Shown here: in pieces, positions 48,301-60,910 of the stretch
Numbering within the stretch: position 1 is the stretch's first letter
How the letters are laid out: each line of letters opens with the position of its first letter
Origin: Octopus sinensis
Lineage: Eukaryota
Reading direction: 5' to 3'
DNA length: 64,000 nucleotides
NCBI RefSeq assembly: GCF_006345805.1
Contig: NC_043019.1
Coordinates: forward strand, 20,955,360 to 21,019,359
The notes under the pieces: model-generated
What the model was told of the DNA's origin: nothing
What the model saw: the letters and a program-made list of their open reading frames with translations, nothing else
Databases searched by the model: none
Translations under genes and position numbers: made by a program

Positions 48301-49449
48301 TTATATCATCAACATCATCATCATTTTAACATCAACTTTTCCATGCTTGCATAGGGCAGACAGAAGTCGTTAAGGCAGATTTTCTACAACTAGGGACTCT
48401 TCCTGTCACCAACCTACAATCATAGCTGGTGGGTGGAGGGCAGTTGGGGCAACCCACCCCAGACAGCACTTTTGGGTCTGCTGGAGGTAATATGTGTTTC
48501 TTGGGGGTTCAGGGGTGGCAAACAAAAAGGCCATTGCGGGTGGCACACACTCTAGCTACACTAGTGCACCAACCTTCATTTGTTTCCAAGTAAGACTTAC
48601 TTACAAAGTGTCCATTGGCCAAGTCCATTTGTTTTGTTGTTGTTGTTAGAAGAGTTGTACTTGGAAAGAATGTGATCTACTGTCACACATCTTAATAAAT
48701 TGGTGTATATCTCTAGAGAAAGACAGCAGCAGTCTGGTTGTTGTTCTATTTCCATGCCAACCCTGATTTGGTTGCCATGTCTAGCAGGTCAAGCAACCAT
48801 GTTAAGATTCCTTACTTACATCATCAGTATTTTTGTTTCATTATGGGTGTGTGGTACTGTTGACTAAGACGTCCTGGTTAAGTACCATATTGCATATTAT
48901 TTCATGGTCTCTGTGGTGAGGAATACAAAAAGCAAAAAAAAACAAAAAAAAACACTTGAATTTAGAGAAAATATATTTGTTTAAGTAAAGGCCTATCAAT
49001 GGGATAAAATTTCTGAAAAATAAAACTTTAAAAAACAAAATTAGATTCCAAATTTTATGAAACAAAAACTACAACAGGAAGAGTGGTAGGTTTGCAGAAT
49101 TATGTTGAGCAGTGCCATGCTCTATAAAAATAGCAAAAGTAAAACAGATCAGGCTATATATTTGCAAAATTATGTAGAACAGTACCGAATTCTATAAAAA
49201 AAAACGAAAACTAAAAAGCAAACGTAACAGATTGGGTGACAAATTCATAGAATTTTGTAGAGCAGTGCCATATTCTATAATAACAGGAAGGGCTGTAAAT
49301 TTGACAGTTCTGTAGAGTGATGGCATACCTCTATATCCTCATATCTATTTATATCTCTATATCTATCTCTTCATCTATATCTTTATATCAATCTATATCT
49401 CTGTATCTATCTATATTTTTGTGTCTATATATATCTCTATATTTATCTA

Positions 49450-49523
<74 letters not shown>

Positions 49524-49758
49524 CACACACATACACTAGACATTTAAGACACAGCTATGGCTGTGTGGATTAGAAGTATGCTTTGCAACCATATGGTTTT
49601 GAGTTCAGTCCCACTGCACAGCACCCTGGCCAAGTATCTTCTACTATAGCTCCAGGCCAACCAATGCCTTGTGAGTAAATGGAAACTGTGTGAGGTTTTC
49701 ACACAGCTCCCATTTACCAAATTGTATTTATGTGTACATACATACATACATACATACA

Positions 49759-49792
<34 letters not shown>

Positions 49793-50184
49793 CATAGTGA
49801 CTGACAATAGTGACAATATGTGCATCTCTGATCACAAGCAGAAGTAGTGGGGGAGCATTATAGCCATGTGTTGAGAGGAATCCTTTGGGGTTTGGATAAT
49901 TCACCTTTGGAAACATGGGTGTTTTCTTCAACATCTTTAAACAACCCTTATTCAGGGACCTTTTATGCAGGATTGGCTACTTGACCTGAAGAAAATTCTA
50001 ACTGGGCCCCACCTGCAAGGTCATGCACTGTTCATCTTGATATGAAATCACTATGTTGCACACATATGGTTGTGATGCATGTGCCTGGTGTGCCTTTATC
50101 AAACAGGTAGACATGATGGGTCTATTGGGCTTCGTATATTTTACCCCAGTGTCACTTTGATGGTATGCACTGCACTCTCATTCA

Positions 50185-50235
<51 letters not shown>

Positions 50236-50329
50236 CATATATATAATATATGTGTGTACATATATATATATCGCCATGATAGATTGCTAGCCACTACACA
50301 CATTTTTTTTCTCTCCTTGTTTTTTCTGT

Positions 50330-50371
50330 GTCCCTTTCTGTAGAAGAGCATAGGCTTGAAACGTAAAAGAC
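50330..50371 (+). ncRNA. Variant minimal hammerhead-like motif in a Penelope-type terminal repeat
   Basis: GT(CC)CTTT-CTGTAGA-A-GAGC(ATAG)GCTT-GAA-ACGT-A-AAAGAC. Confidence 0.6.
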
Positions 50372-52039
50372 TTTTTCTATTCCTGAGTGTTATACTAATA
50401 CATCTGTTTGTTTTGTATACCACCTGTCTTCGTCTTTTGTTTTTTTCGTAAACTCTCCCTATATATATATATATATAGCAAGAAAGATAGATAGATACAT
50501 ACATACATAAATTAAGAAATGAAGTTAAATGCAGGTGTTATTCAAATCTTTATACTTCTGACATATGTTTCGAAGAAAACATTGGTATTATTCCTGAGGG
50601 AATAAAATGATGTAAATCAATGTATTTATCTCAGCAGGGAAAAAAGAGAAATAAAACACATCAAAATCCCATTTTAACTGCGTGTGATTACTGTGTATAC
50701 GATGAAGGGAACACTGGCAAATTATTTTAAAAAAAACTGTCAATAGATTTAATGTCAAAAGCAATTTAGAGAAAGGGAAGGAGGAGAAAGAAAGAAATTA
50801 ACCGAAAATTAAGAGTGGAGAAATATAGTGCGATAGATGAGTGGAAATAAAGCTTAAAAGCGTGTAAATATGTAGTGGAAATGAAATGTAAGAAGACAGT
50901 TAAAAGTTAAATTTTATAGATTGATAGAAATTACTCACGGGAACTAAAGGTATATTTTTGCCAATGTTTGCAATGATAAACGCATTCTTTAAATGTGTTT
51001 ACAAGAGAATTCTCCAGGAACAGAGCAGACAAAAGGATTTATCTTTATCATATGGAAAGGATCTAGATAGAATATTCATATTCTTCATAACTATTATTAT
51101 TGAAGCAAAAGGATATGAACCAACACGTCTGGAACAAAGATTGGCCGAACTTGGGCACTTGGGGAGAGAATGCATCTCCTTATTTCATTTACTATAAATA
51201 ATCACAATATCTGGGACTAGAAAAATTTTGCAAGAACTTTTCCAGATTGCTATCAAACAGGTGGCCAGTCAAAAGAAACTCTAAAATAAAGAGGAAAAGG
51301 AAATACTTACATGCATACATATGTGTATATACACAAATATATATGTATACATACATAGTATGTATGTATGTATGTTTGTGTGTGTTGATGTATGTCTATG
51401 TGAATGTTTACATCTGCCTTTGTCTACAAAGTGATGAGCTACAAGCAGTGACATATATGGATTTATTTTTTTTAGCTGATAAAGTGGAACAATTAGAAAT
51501 GGATGCATCCTATAATCCAATAACCTGATTTGTAGCCCAAAAGTGTGTTTCCCATATGTTTAGGTGGGGAATTTTTTCCTGAGGCTATCGCCGCAGTGAA
51601 AGGCATTATCACATCCAATATATGCAAATGTGCTAAATATAACTTTACACAAATACTTATCATCCAATGCTGCTTAACACTCAAACATGTAGAATAAATA
51701 AATATATATATATATATATGTATGTGTATGTATGCACACATACATATATGTACTTATACATATATGGACATACATATTATACTTAGGAATAGATACATAA
51801 ATATTCATAGATAATATAAATTACATAAAATAGAAAACCACATAAAAGGGAAAGCCGCTCTCTTTTATAACTATACAATTATATTGGTGACATATATCTG
51901 CATTTTGTTAAACTGACATTGCTGAAAATTGTGGAATGTTATTTGCTGTATTTTAAGTGGTCTCTCTCCCCACTCTCTCTCTCATATATATATATATATA
52001 AATTTATATATTTATTTATATAGACATATAAATATGTAT

Positions 52040-52256
52040 ACTCTTTTACTTGTTTCAGTCATTTGACTGTGGCCATGCTGGAGCACTGCCTTTAGTCGAG
52101 CAAATTGACCTCAGGACTTTATTCTTTGTAAGCCTAGTACTTATTCTATCGGTCTCTTTTGCCGAACCGCTAAGTTACGGGGACGTAAATACACCAGCAT
52201 CGGTTGTCAAGCGATGCTCGGGGGACAAACACAGACACACAAACATACACATGTAT

Positions 52257-52287
<31 letters not shown>

Positions 52288-52828
52288 CATATATATGACA
52301 GGCTTCTTTCAGTTTCTGTCTACCAAATATAAAAAGGACATATTTAAAGATGGCAAAGTTGTTAAAGTATTGGATAGAACATCTCAGAGTAATTCTGCAA
52401 TCTGAGTTCAAATCCTGTTGAGGTCAACTTCATCCTTCATCTTTTAGTTCTCTTTACTCTTTTACTCTTTTACTTGTTTCAGTCATTTGACTGCGGCCAT
52501 GCTGGAGCACCACCTTTAATCAACCCTGGGACTTATTCTTTTTGTAAGCCCAGTACTTATTCTATCGGTCTCTTCTGCCGAAACGCTAAGTAACGGGGAC
52601 ATAAACACACCAAACACAGACACACAAACACACACACGCATATATATATATATATACATATATACGACAGGCTTCTTTCAGTTTCCATCTACCAAATCCA
52701 CTCACAAGGCTTTGGTCAGCCCAAGGCTATAGTAGAAGACACTTGCCCAAGGTGCCACGCAGTGGGACTGAACCCGGAACCATGTGGTTGGTAAACAAGC
52801 TACTTACCACATAGCCACTCCTGCGCCT
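52040..52828 (-). mobile_element. Two SINE A copies (about 52040-52326 partial; 52450-52828 with an internal deletion)
   Basis: Reverse complement of family A. Confidence 0.85.
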
Positions 52829-55348
52829 AAAAAAAAAAATTACACCAGTAGAGTGGACTGATGAAATTGTTAGAGCATCAGGCAGGATGCCTTGAAGTAT
52901 TCCAAGTTCAATTCATGCCCTCAGCATCAAAATGTAGTGATACTTTTGTCAGGAGCAGTGACTGACAAACAGTATCTACAATTTTATAGAAAACCAATGG
53001 AAATATAGTTTACTTAACTTGATTGGAAAATCAATAGCCATCACTACATTATTGATGAAACTATATGCAACAGCATTTATTGGAAGAACTCTCTCAGGAA
53101 GGAACCTTCGAACCACTGTGGGAACTGACAAACAGTCATTTAAATTGCTAGAAACAACAGCCTTCTTGAAAAGGGTATTTTGGTAACTGACCTTGCTAAA
53201 AAGGGTTTATGGCTATCATCATCATCATCATCATCGTTTAACGTCCGCTTTCCATGCTAGCATGGGTTGGATGGTTCAACTGGGGTCTGGCAAGCCCGGA
53301 GGCTGCACCAGGCCAGTCAGGCTATCTTTCTTGAAAAAGGGTGTCAAAAACATTGCCCTATCTGAAAAGGTTTTTATGGACACTGATATTCCTTCTCTGA
53401 TGAAGTTCTTAAAAATATCACATAACATAGCCTGAGATGATTGTTGTAGGAATGTTGCTCTTCTAAAATTCTGACCTCCGGTTCTGACCTTGAATTGGTT
53501 ATCAAGAGTGGTGAAGAACAGGATTTTGTGTGAGAGACAAAATCTCTTGCAGTATTTTGTTACACTATATTTTGAGTTCAAATCTCACTAAAGTTAACTT
53601 TACTTGTCAGCCACCCACAGTCAATAAAATAAATACTAGCTGTTTTGCTGCCTGGTCCAAAGCATTCCATCCATAACTGTCCCATTTTTCCTTAGTGCTA
53701 TCTAGAACCATATTATCTTACATGTATTTGTAGTAGACTAATAAGGATAGCTGAATTACGTCCTTTTGCTGGTACATCCTGCATTCCAGATATTTTTCTT
53801 CCCAGTGATGACAGAAAGTGAATATTAACGGTTTTTTTTTTCTTTCCTTTCCTCCTCCCTTTGTGCCATTGCCTTACTCTGCTCTTCTGCAAATTCTGAA
53901 AGTTATCGAGAATGGTCTCGGAGAGGGATGATGTAGTAGACCACTGAGGATAGCTGAATAATGTCCCTTCGCTGGTAAACACCACCAGGTAGTGTCGCAG
54001 CTGACACCTATATATTCCAGATGTTGTGAGCTTTCTCTCTCCCTCTTGCTGCTTGGACACCAAAAAGCATGGTTCTCTCTTTCAGTTTGCCTACACCAGG
54101 ACAGCATGCAAGAGCTTCACTGAAATGTTCTGACCACTGCTGCTATTTTTCTCTGACCACACATGTTCAACAAAGTATATTTGTTATTTACAAAATGTTT
54201 TGCTTAGGTTGTGTTAACTCCAGTAATCTCTATAACCTCTCCATGTGAATACTGTATATATTTGACTGAGACAAGGCAGCTCATTGCTTTCACTCACAAC
54301 AATAAAAATGTGTTAATGTTAAATGATGTCTCATTCCCTTATTGCATCCTTCACATAAAAATTAGTGGCAACATCTTATTTACACTCAACCACTAAATAT
54401 CCTTTCCTGTTAATATTTTTTTCCTAAGATGGATGAATGCGATTTAAAAAAGATTTAGCTGTTATTTCTAGTGGGTCAAAAACCACATAAAGAGAGAGAG
54501 AGACCTCCCTCATTAGGTACAAGTTAAATGCTAGAGTCAATTCAATTGACTTCCTCCATCTCACCCCAATGTGCAGCCTTGTGCATATATTATATAAATC
54601 GTTAATATGTTTACAGGATGTCATTTTGTTATTTTAACTCTGAAAAAAAAAAAAAAAAAGAAAAAGAAGAAACCTCATCCACCCAATTCCTTCTCATACA
54701 GTTCATACAGACTCCTCTGCTATGTCACAGAAAAAGTTTAGTTAACAGTGCTGCTCTGCATCTACAGCTGAATTAATGAGGTTTTATATATGAGGTTAAT
54801 GTATAAACTTTGTCAGACAGCTTCTACAGGAATGGAAAGGCCGTGACTTTTACCGAATGGATTATTAATATCTCTTTGATAACTTTGTTATCAAAGCGAT
54901 AACTGATCATTTCTATTTAGTTTTGTTTTTGTTTTTTTTTTTTTTTTTTTTTTTTTTGCTTTTAATCATAAGGTCTGAGGGTGGGGATCTTCCAGTTTTT
55001 TTTTTTTTTTGCAACATTAATTAGGTGATGGATAAATCAATTCTTGAATAAACCATGGGTCAATTTAGCAGCATTATAAGGCCTAGGGATGGATCTCATA
55101 GTACATTGTTATTTATGGACAGCAAGCCACAATATACATAGATCAGAATTGGAGCCTCTGCTCAACTCCCCCAGTGTGCCCATGCTTTAAGACAATACTG
55201 CATGTATCCACTGCAGGGTCTTTGTCCTGGGGAAAGTATTGAACTCAGAACTGTGAAACACTAGTTAATTTCACTGTACTGTTGCTTATTGCATCATTTA
55301 CTTTTTTTAATAAGATCAGAGAAGAAAAACCAGTGTGATTAACAGTTA

Positions 55349-55665
55349 TTTCAAGAAGGGCAACCATAAGCCCCTTTCATAAAGATCAGTGCCCAAAATA
55401 CATTTTTCAGGAGGGGTAATGCTTATAGCACTCTTTTCAAGAAGGGTTGTCATAAATCCCTTTTCACAAAGGTCAGTGCCTATAACACTTTTTACAGAAA
55501 GGGCAACGGCTGTTCAAGAAGGGCAGTCATAAAATCCTTTTCACGAAGGTCAATGCCCCAAACACCTTTATCAAGAAGACTAGTGCCCACAAAATCCTTT
55601 CCAGAAGAGGTAGTGCCCATGAAACGTTTGTAGGAAGGACCATACTCATGAAACCCTCTTCAGAG
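55349..55665. repeat. Degenerate ~27-30-bp minisatellite
   Basis: Recurring TTTTCA(A)GAAGG..AGTGCCC.TAA units. Confidence 0.7.
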
Positions 55666-56368
55666 CTCCTGTGACTGAGATAGAAAGTCATCTTCATATA
55701 GAAATTTGAGCCAAATGCTTATTACAGTATGGACTTCACTGGAAATACTCATGGACTATGTGGTAATGTTTTTAATCTGAGAAAAGGATTAAGTTGACCA
55801 TTCCAAATTTCCTCTGGTTGGAACAAGCCATTTTCTTTTGCCAGACATAGTATATCTAGGACTATATTGCCATCTAAATTTCAGTTTCATATTTGTATGT
55901 TTGGTGTTACCACATATCTTCCAGTTTTAAGTGTCACAAGAGGCTTGCATGCATTATGTGTGTGTGCGTGCATGCTTGTGTGTGTGTGTGTGTGAACATG
56001 CATCACTGTCATCACTACAACCACCATCTTCATCATCATTATCACTATCAACACCACCATTATCATCACTACCACCACCACTATCATTATCATCATAGTT
56101 ATGTTCACTTTTCTATGTTAGCATGAATTGAGCGTGTGTAGATATGCGTGTATGTAGGAGTACGTACATACATATGTTTGTGTGTGTGTATGTGCATGTA
56201 TGTATACATGTTTGTGTGAGAGTGTACGTACGTACATAGACTTTGTGAACACAGGAAGTTTATATCTATGTATTGTGATAATATGGTTGCGTATATTTAT
56301 CTTTTTCCTTTTTCTACCTGTTAGAGTAACTTCCCTGTTATTCAACGGTTTTTCATAGCATCTATTGC

Positions 56369-56436
56369 CATTAATAGCCGATGAGAATATATCGCTGCTC
56401 TTCGTTTCACCATTCGAAACTCCGAGTACTATAATG
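56369..56436 (+). ncRNA. Type I hammerhead-like motif upstream of a Penelope ORF remnant
   Basis: CATTAATAG-CCGATGA-GAAT(23 nt)ATTC-GAA-ACT(CCG)AGT-A-CTATAATG: 8-bp stem I with one bulge, stems II and III pair, GUA triplet; core has U4C. Confidence 0.7.
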
Positions 56437-56523
56437 ACAACCTTTTATTGTTTGTTCTGAATTATAACATATATAAATAATCCTCTATTTATCTAATATC
56501 AAGGTCTTATTATTTTGTTGTTA

Positions 56524-56556
<33 letters not shown>

Positions 56557-56983
56557 TAGTGCTATTATATATATATGTGTGTGTATATATATCGCCTTGA
56601 CCTTTGAAACGCGGAGTAGATGAAACAAAGGCGACTGAAGAAGGGGAATTTTCCTTGTGTTGTATGTCCTGTACTCTATTTTTTCGTTGTTTAAGAAAAA
56701 TGTCCATTTCCTTGGTTTTGTGTTTATGTTTTCGTTTCTCATTGTGTTCGACGTTTTCTGGGTGTCCTGTACCCATATATGCATGTATATATACATGTAG
56801 AGGTAGGTACGTACATATATGTATGTATATATGCATATGTTTTATTTTATTTATTAATTTATATGACGGAACGCACGCATCCATTTCTAAGTAAGATTGT
56901 TCTTAATATATATATATATATATACATTATACATATACATATACATATACATATATATATATACATATATACTGATATATATA

Positions 56984-57019
<36 letters not shown>

Positions 57020-57227
57020 CATACATGGCTAACTTCACATTAAGGACAAAAACAGGAAGCATATCGCCTCGTTACACATGATCCAACATCTAGTGCTGAA
57101 AAGCCCAACAAAACACTCTCAAGAGATCGAGTGAAAATGTCAAACACAAATTAAAATGATCCAGAACAGTTGGTAGTTAAAAGAAAGAAAGAAAAAAAGA
57201 AAAGAAAAATGGGACTTATGAAACATA

Positions 57228-58045
57228 TGCAATAGCTACCAGTATTTTTCAAAAATTCTTTGCTGCACTAGATAAATATTTCCCACCTTCAAGTAAATAT
57301 GGGAAATTATTTAATTGTCATAATATAAAATTTTCATATTCAGCCACCAGAAGTTTGGCCGAGATTATAGCAGCACATAACAAACAGAGAATTAGGGAAT
57401 ATCTCAAATCAAAATCTGTAAACAATTGTAGAATCGATAGGTGAGTTGTGAAATTAACTCTAATGATAATTTTCCTGGACTAGATTTTGATTCCTTAAGT
57501 AAAAGTAATTCCGACTCTGGTAACACAGTTAACACTTGGTTTTAATATTAATTATAATATTTATAATAACCATGATTTAACGCCTAATTCTGAGTGGACG
57601 ACTAGTAGGAATTCTTTCAACCAAGTGAATAAGTGCCAATGTAATTGTAAAAATAAAATTGTGTTCTTTGGAAAATCAGTGTTGAAGGAAAAATATAGTG
57701 TATCAATGTAAGGGATTGTAAGTATTATTACATAGGTTCATCTGCTACAATTTGGAGATCTCGATTTCATAATCATTTTCATTCATTTAAGTATAGAGGA
57801 AAAGGTAATTCTACAAGTCTTAATAAATGCATTTGGGATTTAAAAGATAAGAACATTAACGATAGTTTAAAGTGGTCCATCATTAGTTATGCACCATCAT
57901 ACAGTATAAGCAATTCTACATGTGATCTTTGCCTTGAAGAAATGTATTATATAATTACTTGTAAATTAATATTATTAAATTATAAAGGTATTTTTACAAT
58001 GAAATGTTGTCACAAATTTCAGAAGACATTTAAATATTTCAATTC
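57228..58045 (+). mobile_element. Penelope-like element, C-terminal ORF remnant (RT thumb to GIY-YIG)
   Basis: IATSIFQKFFAALDKYFPPSSKYGKLFNCHNIKFSYSATRSLAEIIAAHNK; later CNCK.., YYIGSSATIWRSRFHNHFHSF..STSLNKCIWDLKDKNI..LKWSII..CDLCLEE; stops and frameshifts present. Confidence 0.9.
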
Positions 58046-58489
58046 TTAATTATAATTGCTTTTCATATATTACATATAATAAGCATAATTTTTCTAAAAT
58101 TGTTTAGTCTATTTAATTGATAGATAACTAAATGCTGTGGTCTAAAATCTCTATATTTCTAATTGTCCTAACATAGAATTCATATGTTTATCTTTTATAT
58201 TTTCTTTATCCACTGATGTCACGAAGAATCGAATACAAAAATAGCTTTCCTTAGATTATATTGCATTCTAACATTCTTTTTGTATGCGGTCGTGTTCAGG
58301 AGATATTTTCTTAGTTCACTTTGAATTAAACTAATTTTAGCTCGCCTGGAAAACGTTGGTTTAACATGTATTTTCAGTCATATTAATTTCAGTGACATTT
58401 TCTGTATCTAAATATGTGGATACTACAGAAACGAATCATTATGCAACATCTGTGGGTGATTTAGCATTTTTGTTAATATTAATAAAGCC

Positions 58490-58684
58490 CTTAGGGCGGC
58501 GAGATGGCAGAATCGTTTGCAAGACGGGCAAAATGCTTAGCAGTATTTCGTCCACATTTACGTTCTGAGTTCAAATTTCACTGATGTCAACTTTGCCTTC
58601 CATCCTTTCGGAGTCGATAAAATAAGTACCAGCTGAACTTACCTCTCCCCCGAAATTACAGGCCTTGTTCCAAAATTTGATATC
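58490..58684 (+). mobile_element. SINE B variant, 15-bp TSD
   Basis: AATATTAATAAAGCC at 58475-58489 and 58685-58699. Confidence 0.85.
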
Positions 58685-58744
58685 AATATTAATAAAGCCT
58701 ATTGTGTACCCTTAGAATTTTCTCACGGCACGTGTCTGATATAT

Positions 58745-58951
58745 CTCTTTTACTTGTTTCAGTCATTTGACTGTGGCCATGCTGGAGCACCACCTGTAGT
58801 CGAGCAAATTGACCCCAAGACTTATTCCTTGTAAGCCTAGTACTTATTCTATCGGTCTCTTTTGCCGAACCGTTAAGTTACGTGGACGCAAGCACACCAG
58901 CATCAGTTGTCGAGCAATGCTAGAGGGACAAACACAGACACACAAACATAT

Positions 58952-59000
<49 letters not shown>

Positions 59001-59166
59001 TATGACAGGCTTCTTTTAGTTTCCGTCTACCAAATCCACTCACAAGGCTTTGGTCGGCCCGAGGCTATAGTAGAAGACACTTCCCCAAGATGCCACGCAG
59101 TGGGACTGAACCCAGAATAATGTGGTTGGTAAGGAAGCTACTTACCACACAGCCACTCCTACGCCT
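58745..59166 (-). mobile_element. SINE family A, full length
   Basis: Reverse complement of family A. Confidence 0.9.
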
Positions 59167-59372
59167 ATATGTTCACCATGGTTGTCATTTAGCATCCTAT
59201 TTCCATGCTTGCACAGGTCAGACGGAATTCATTGAGGCAGATTTTCTACAGTCGAATGCTCATTCTGTCGGCAACCTTCACCTGTTTCTGAGCAAGATGA
59301 TATTTCCCCATGGCTAGATAGTTTTTCACTGAGGGCTGGAAATAAACAACTTCGCTTGTATAGTAGTGATGT

Positions 59373-59409
<37 letters not shown>

Positions 59410-59596
59410 TATCTATCTGCCTGTCTGTCTGTAATATCTTTTATCATTTACTTGTTTCAATCATTGGACTGCGGCCATGCCGGTGCATTTGGTGCAATGC
59501 TTTGAAGATTTTGTTCGAAATGATCGACCCCCCCCCCAGTACTTTATATCAATATACATCATATGTGTGTGTGTATGTATATATTATATATACGTG

Positions 59597-59628
<32 letters not shown>

Positions 59629-59809
59629 TATATATTTATATTATATATCATTAAACATTGATAGACAGATAGTGTATGTGTGTGTGTACATGTGTATGTA
59701 CTTATGTCTGTATGTGTGTGTGTGTGCGTGTGCGTTTCGTGTGTGTGTGTGTGTGCGAGCGTGTGCATGTGCGTGTGTGTGAAACTATCCAGTTGTGTTA
59801 AAGATCAGT

Positions 59810-59882
59810 GACATCTGGCGACATCTGGCTTAGTACAGCACACAACTAACAGGGGCGATAACTATTCGTATATCACTCAGTC
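59810..59882 (+). promoter_or_regulatory. Candidate core promoter: tandem E-boxes and an Inr-like TCAGTC
   Basis: GACATCTGGC repeated at 59810 and 59820; TCAGTC at 59877-59882, about 150 nt before the signal-peptide ATG. Confidence 0.4.
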
Positions 59883-60028
59883 GAATGTGAGAGAATTGCA
59901 ATCTCTCTCTCTCTGTGGTAGAATTTTTTTTCGAAAAATCTTTAGAATAAAGCTCACGTACTCCACGGCAACTAAATTACGCAATGTGTTCCTTTAAATA
60001 TATTTAATACACCTTTTTCTCGCTGAAG

Positions 60029-60092
60029 ATGTCCCATTGGCAATTAATTGTGATGTTTCTGCTGCACCTCTGCTGCGGGGTTCAGTCCCAGG
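60029..60092 (+). CDS. Probable first coding exon of a secreted or membrane protein (signal peptide MSHWQLIVMFLLHLCCGVQSQ)
   Basis: AAG-ATG context, hydrophobic core, V-Q-S small-residue cleavage pattern, donor CAGG|GTAAGG in phase 1; non-repetitive sequence. Confidence 0.65.
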
Positions 60093-60630
60093 GTAAGGAA
60101 TAATGCTTTACTTTTTTCTTTTTTTCAACTTTTCTTTACCATTTTTTACAACTCGGACTTATTATTTCAATGACAAGCCTAATGTATTTAAATGAACTAT
60201 TGTATTTCTCTGTTCTAGTCTTTTTTCTGACTTAGATTGATTTTTGTGGCAATTTTTTTCCCCTCATCATTCATATATACCGTATAGTAACAACTTGTCT
60301 CTCTGGTACACATATTATATACACGTATACACACACACAGACACACACATATTACAAAATCTATTTTCATTTTATTACATCCTTAATTTTTGCTTTCCCG
60401 TGAGTGATAATGCACAGTGACATATTTACAGGGGAAATATTATATAGAGAAATATTTATTGTATCTCCACATAACTGCATAGCCATTCAGAAGAAGCATG
60501 TGTTCGTGCGGATATAAAAAAGCCGGATTGGAAAATAAGAAGAAGAAGAAAAAACAAAAACAATTCTTGAAATATATTGTTGGGCTTTTGCTGCTCGTAA
60601 TATGAGTGCCAACCGTTCTATTTATTTATC

Positions 60631-60816
60631 TATGTATGTATGTATGTATGTATGTATGTATGTATGTATGTATGTATGTATGTATGTATGTATGTATGTA
60701 TGTATGTATGTATGTATGTATGTATGTATGTATGTATGTATGTATGTATGTATGTATGTATGTATGTATGTATGTATGTATGTATGTATGTATGTATGTA
60801 TGTATGTATGTATGTA

Positions 60817-60849
<33 letters not shown>

Positions 60850-60910
60850 TTGTCTATCTATCTATCTATTTGTCTATCTATTTGTCTATCTATCTATCAT
60901 TCTATCTATC
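60631..60910. repeat. (TATG)n (~46 units) grading into (TCTG)n and (TCTA)n
   Basis: Direct inspection. Confidence 0.98.

Noticed and set aside
58205-58240. CTGATGTC..CGAAT after the Penelope ORF
   Set aside because: Position fits a terminal hammerhead but the stems and GAAA cannot be formed.
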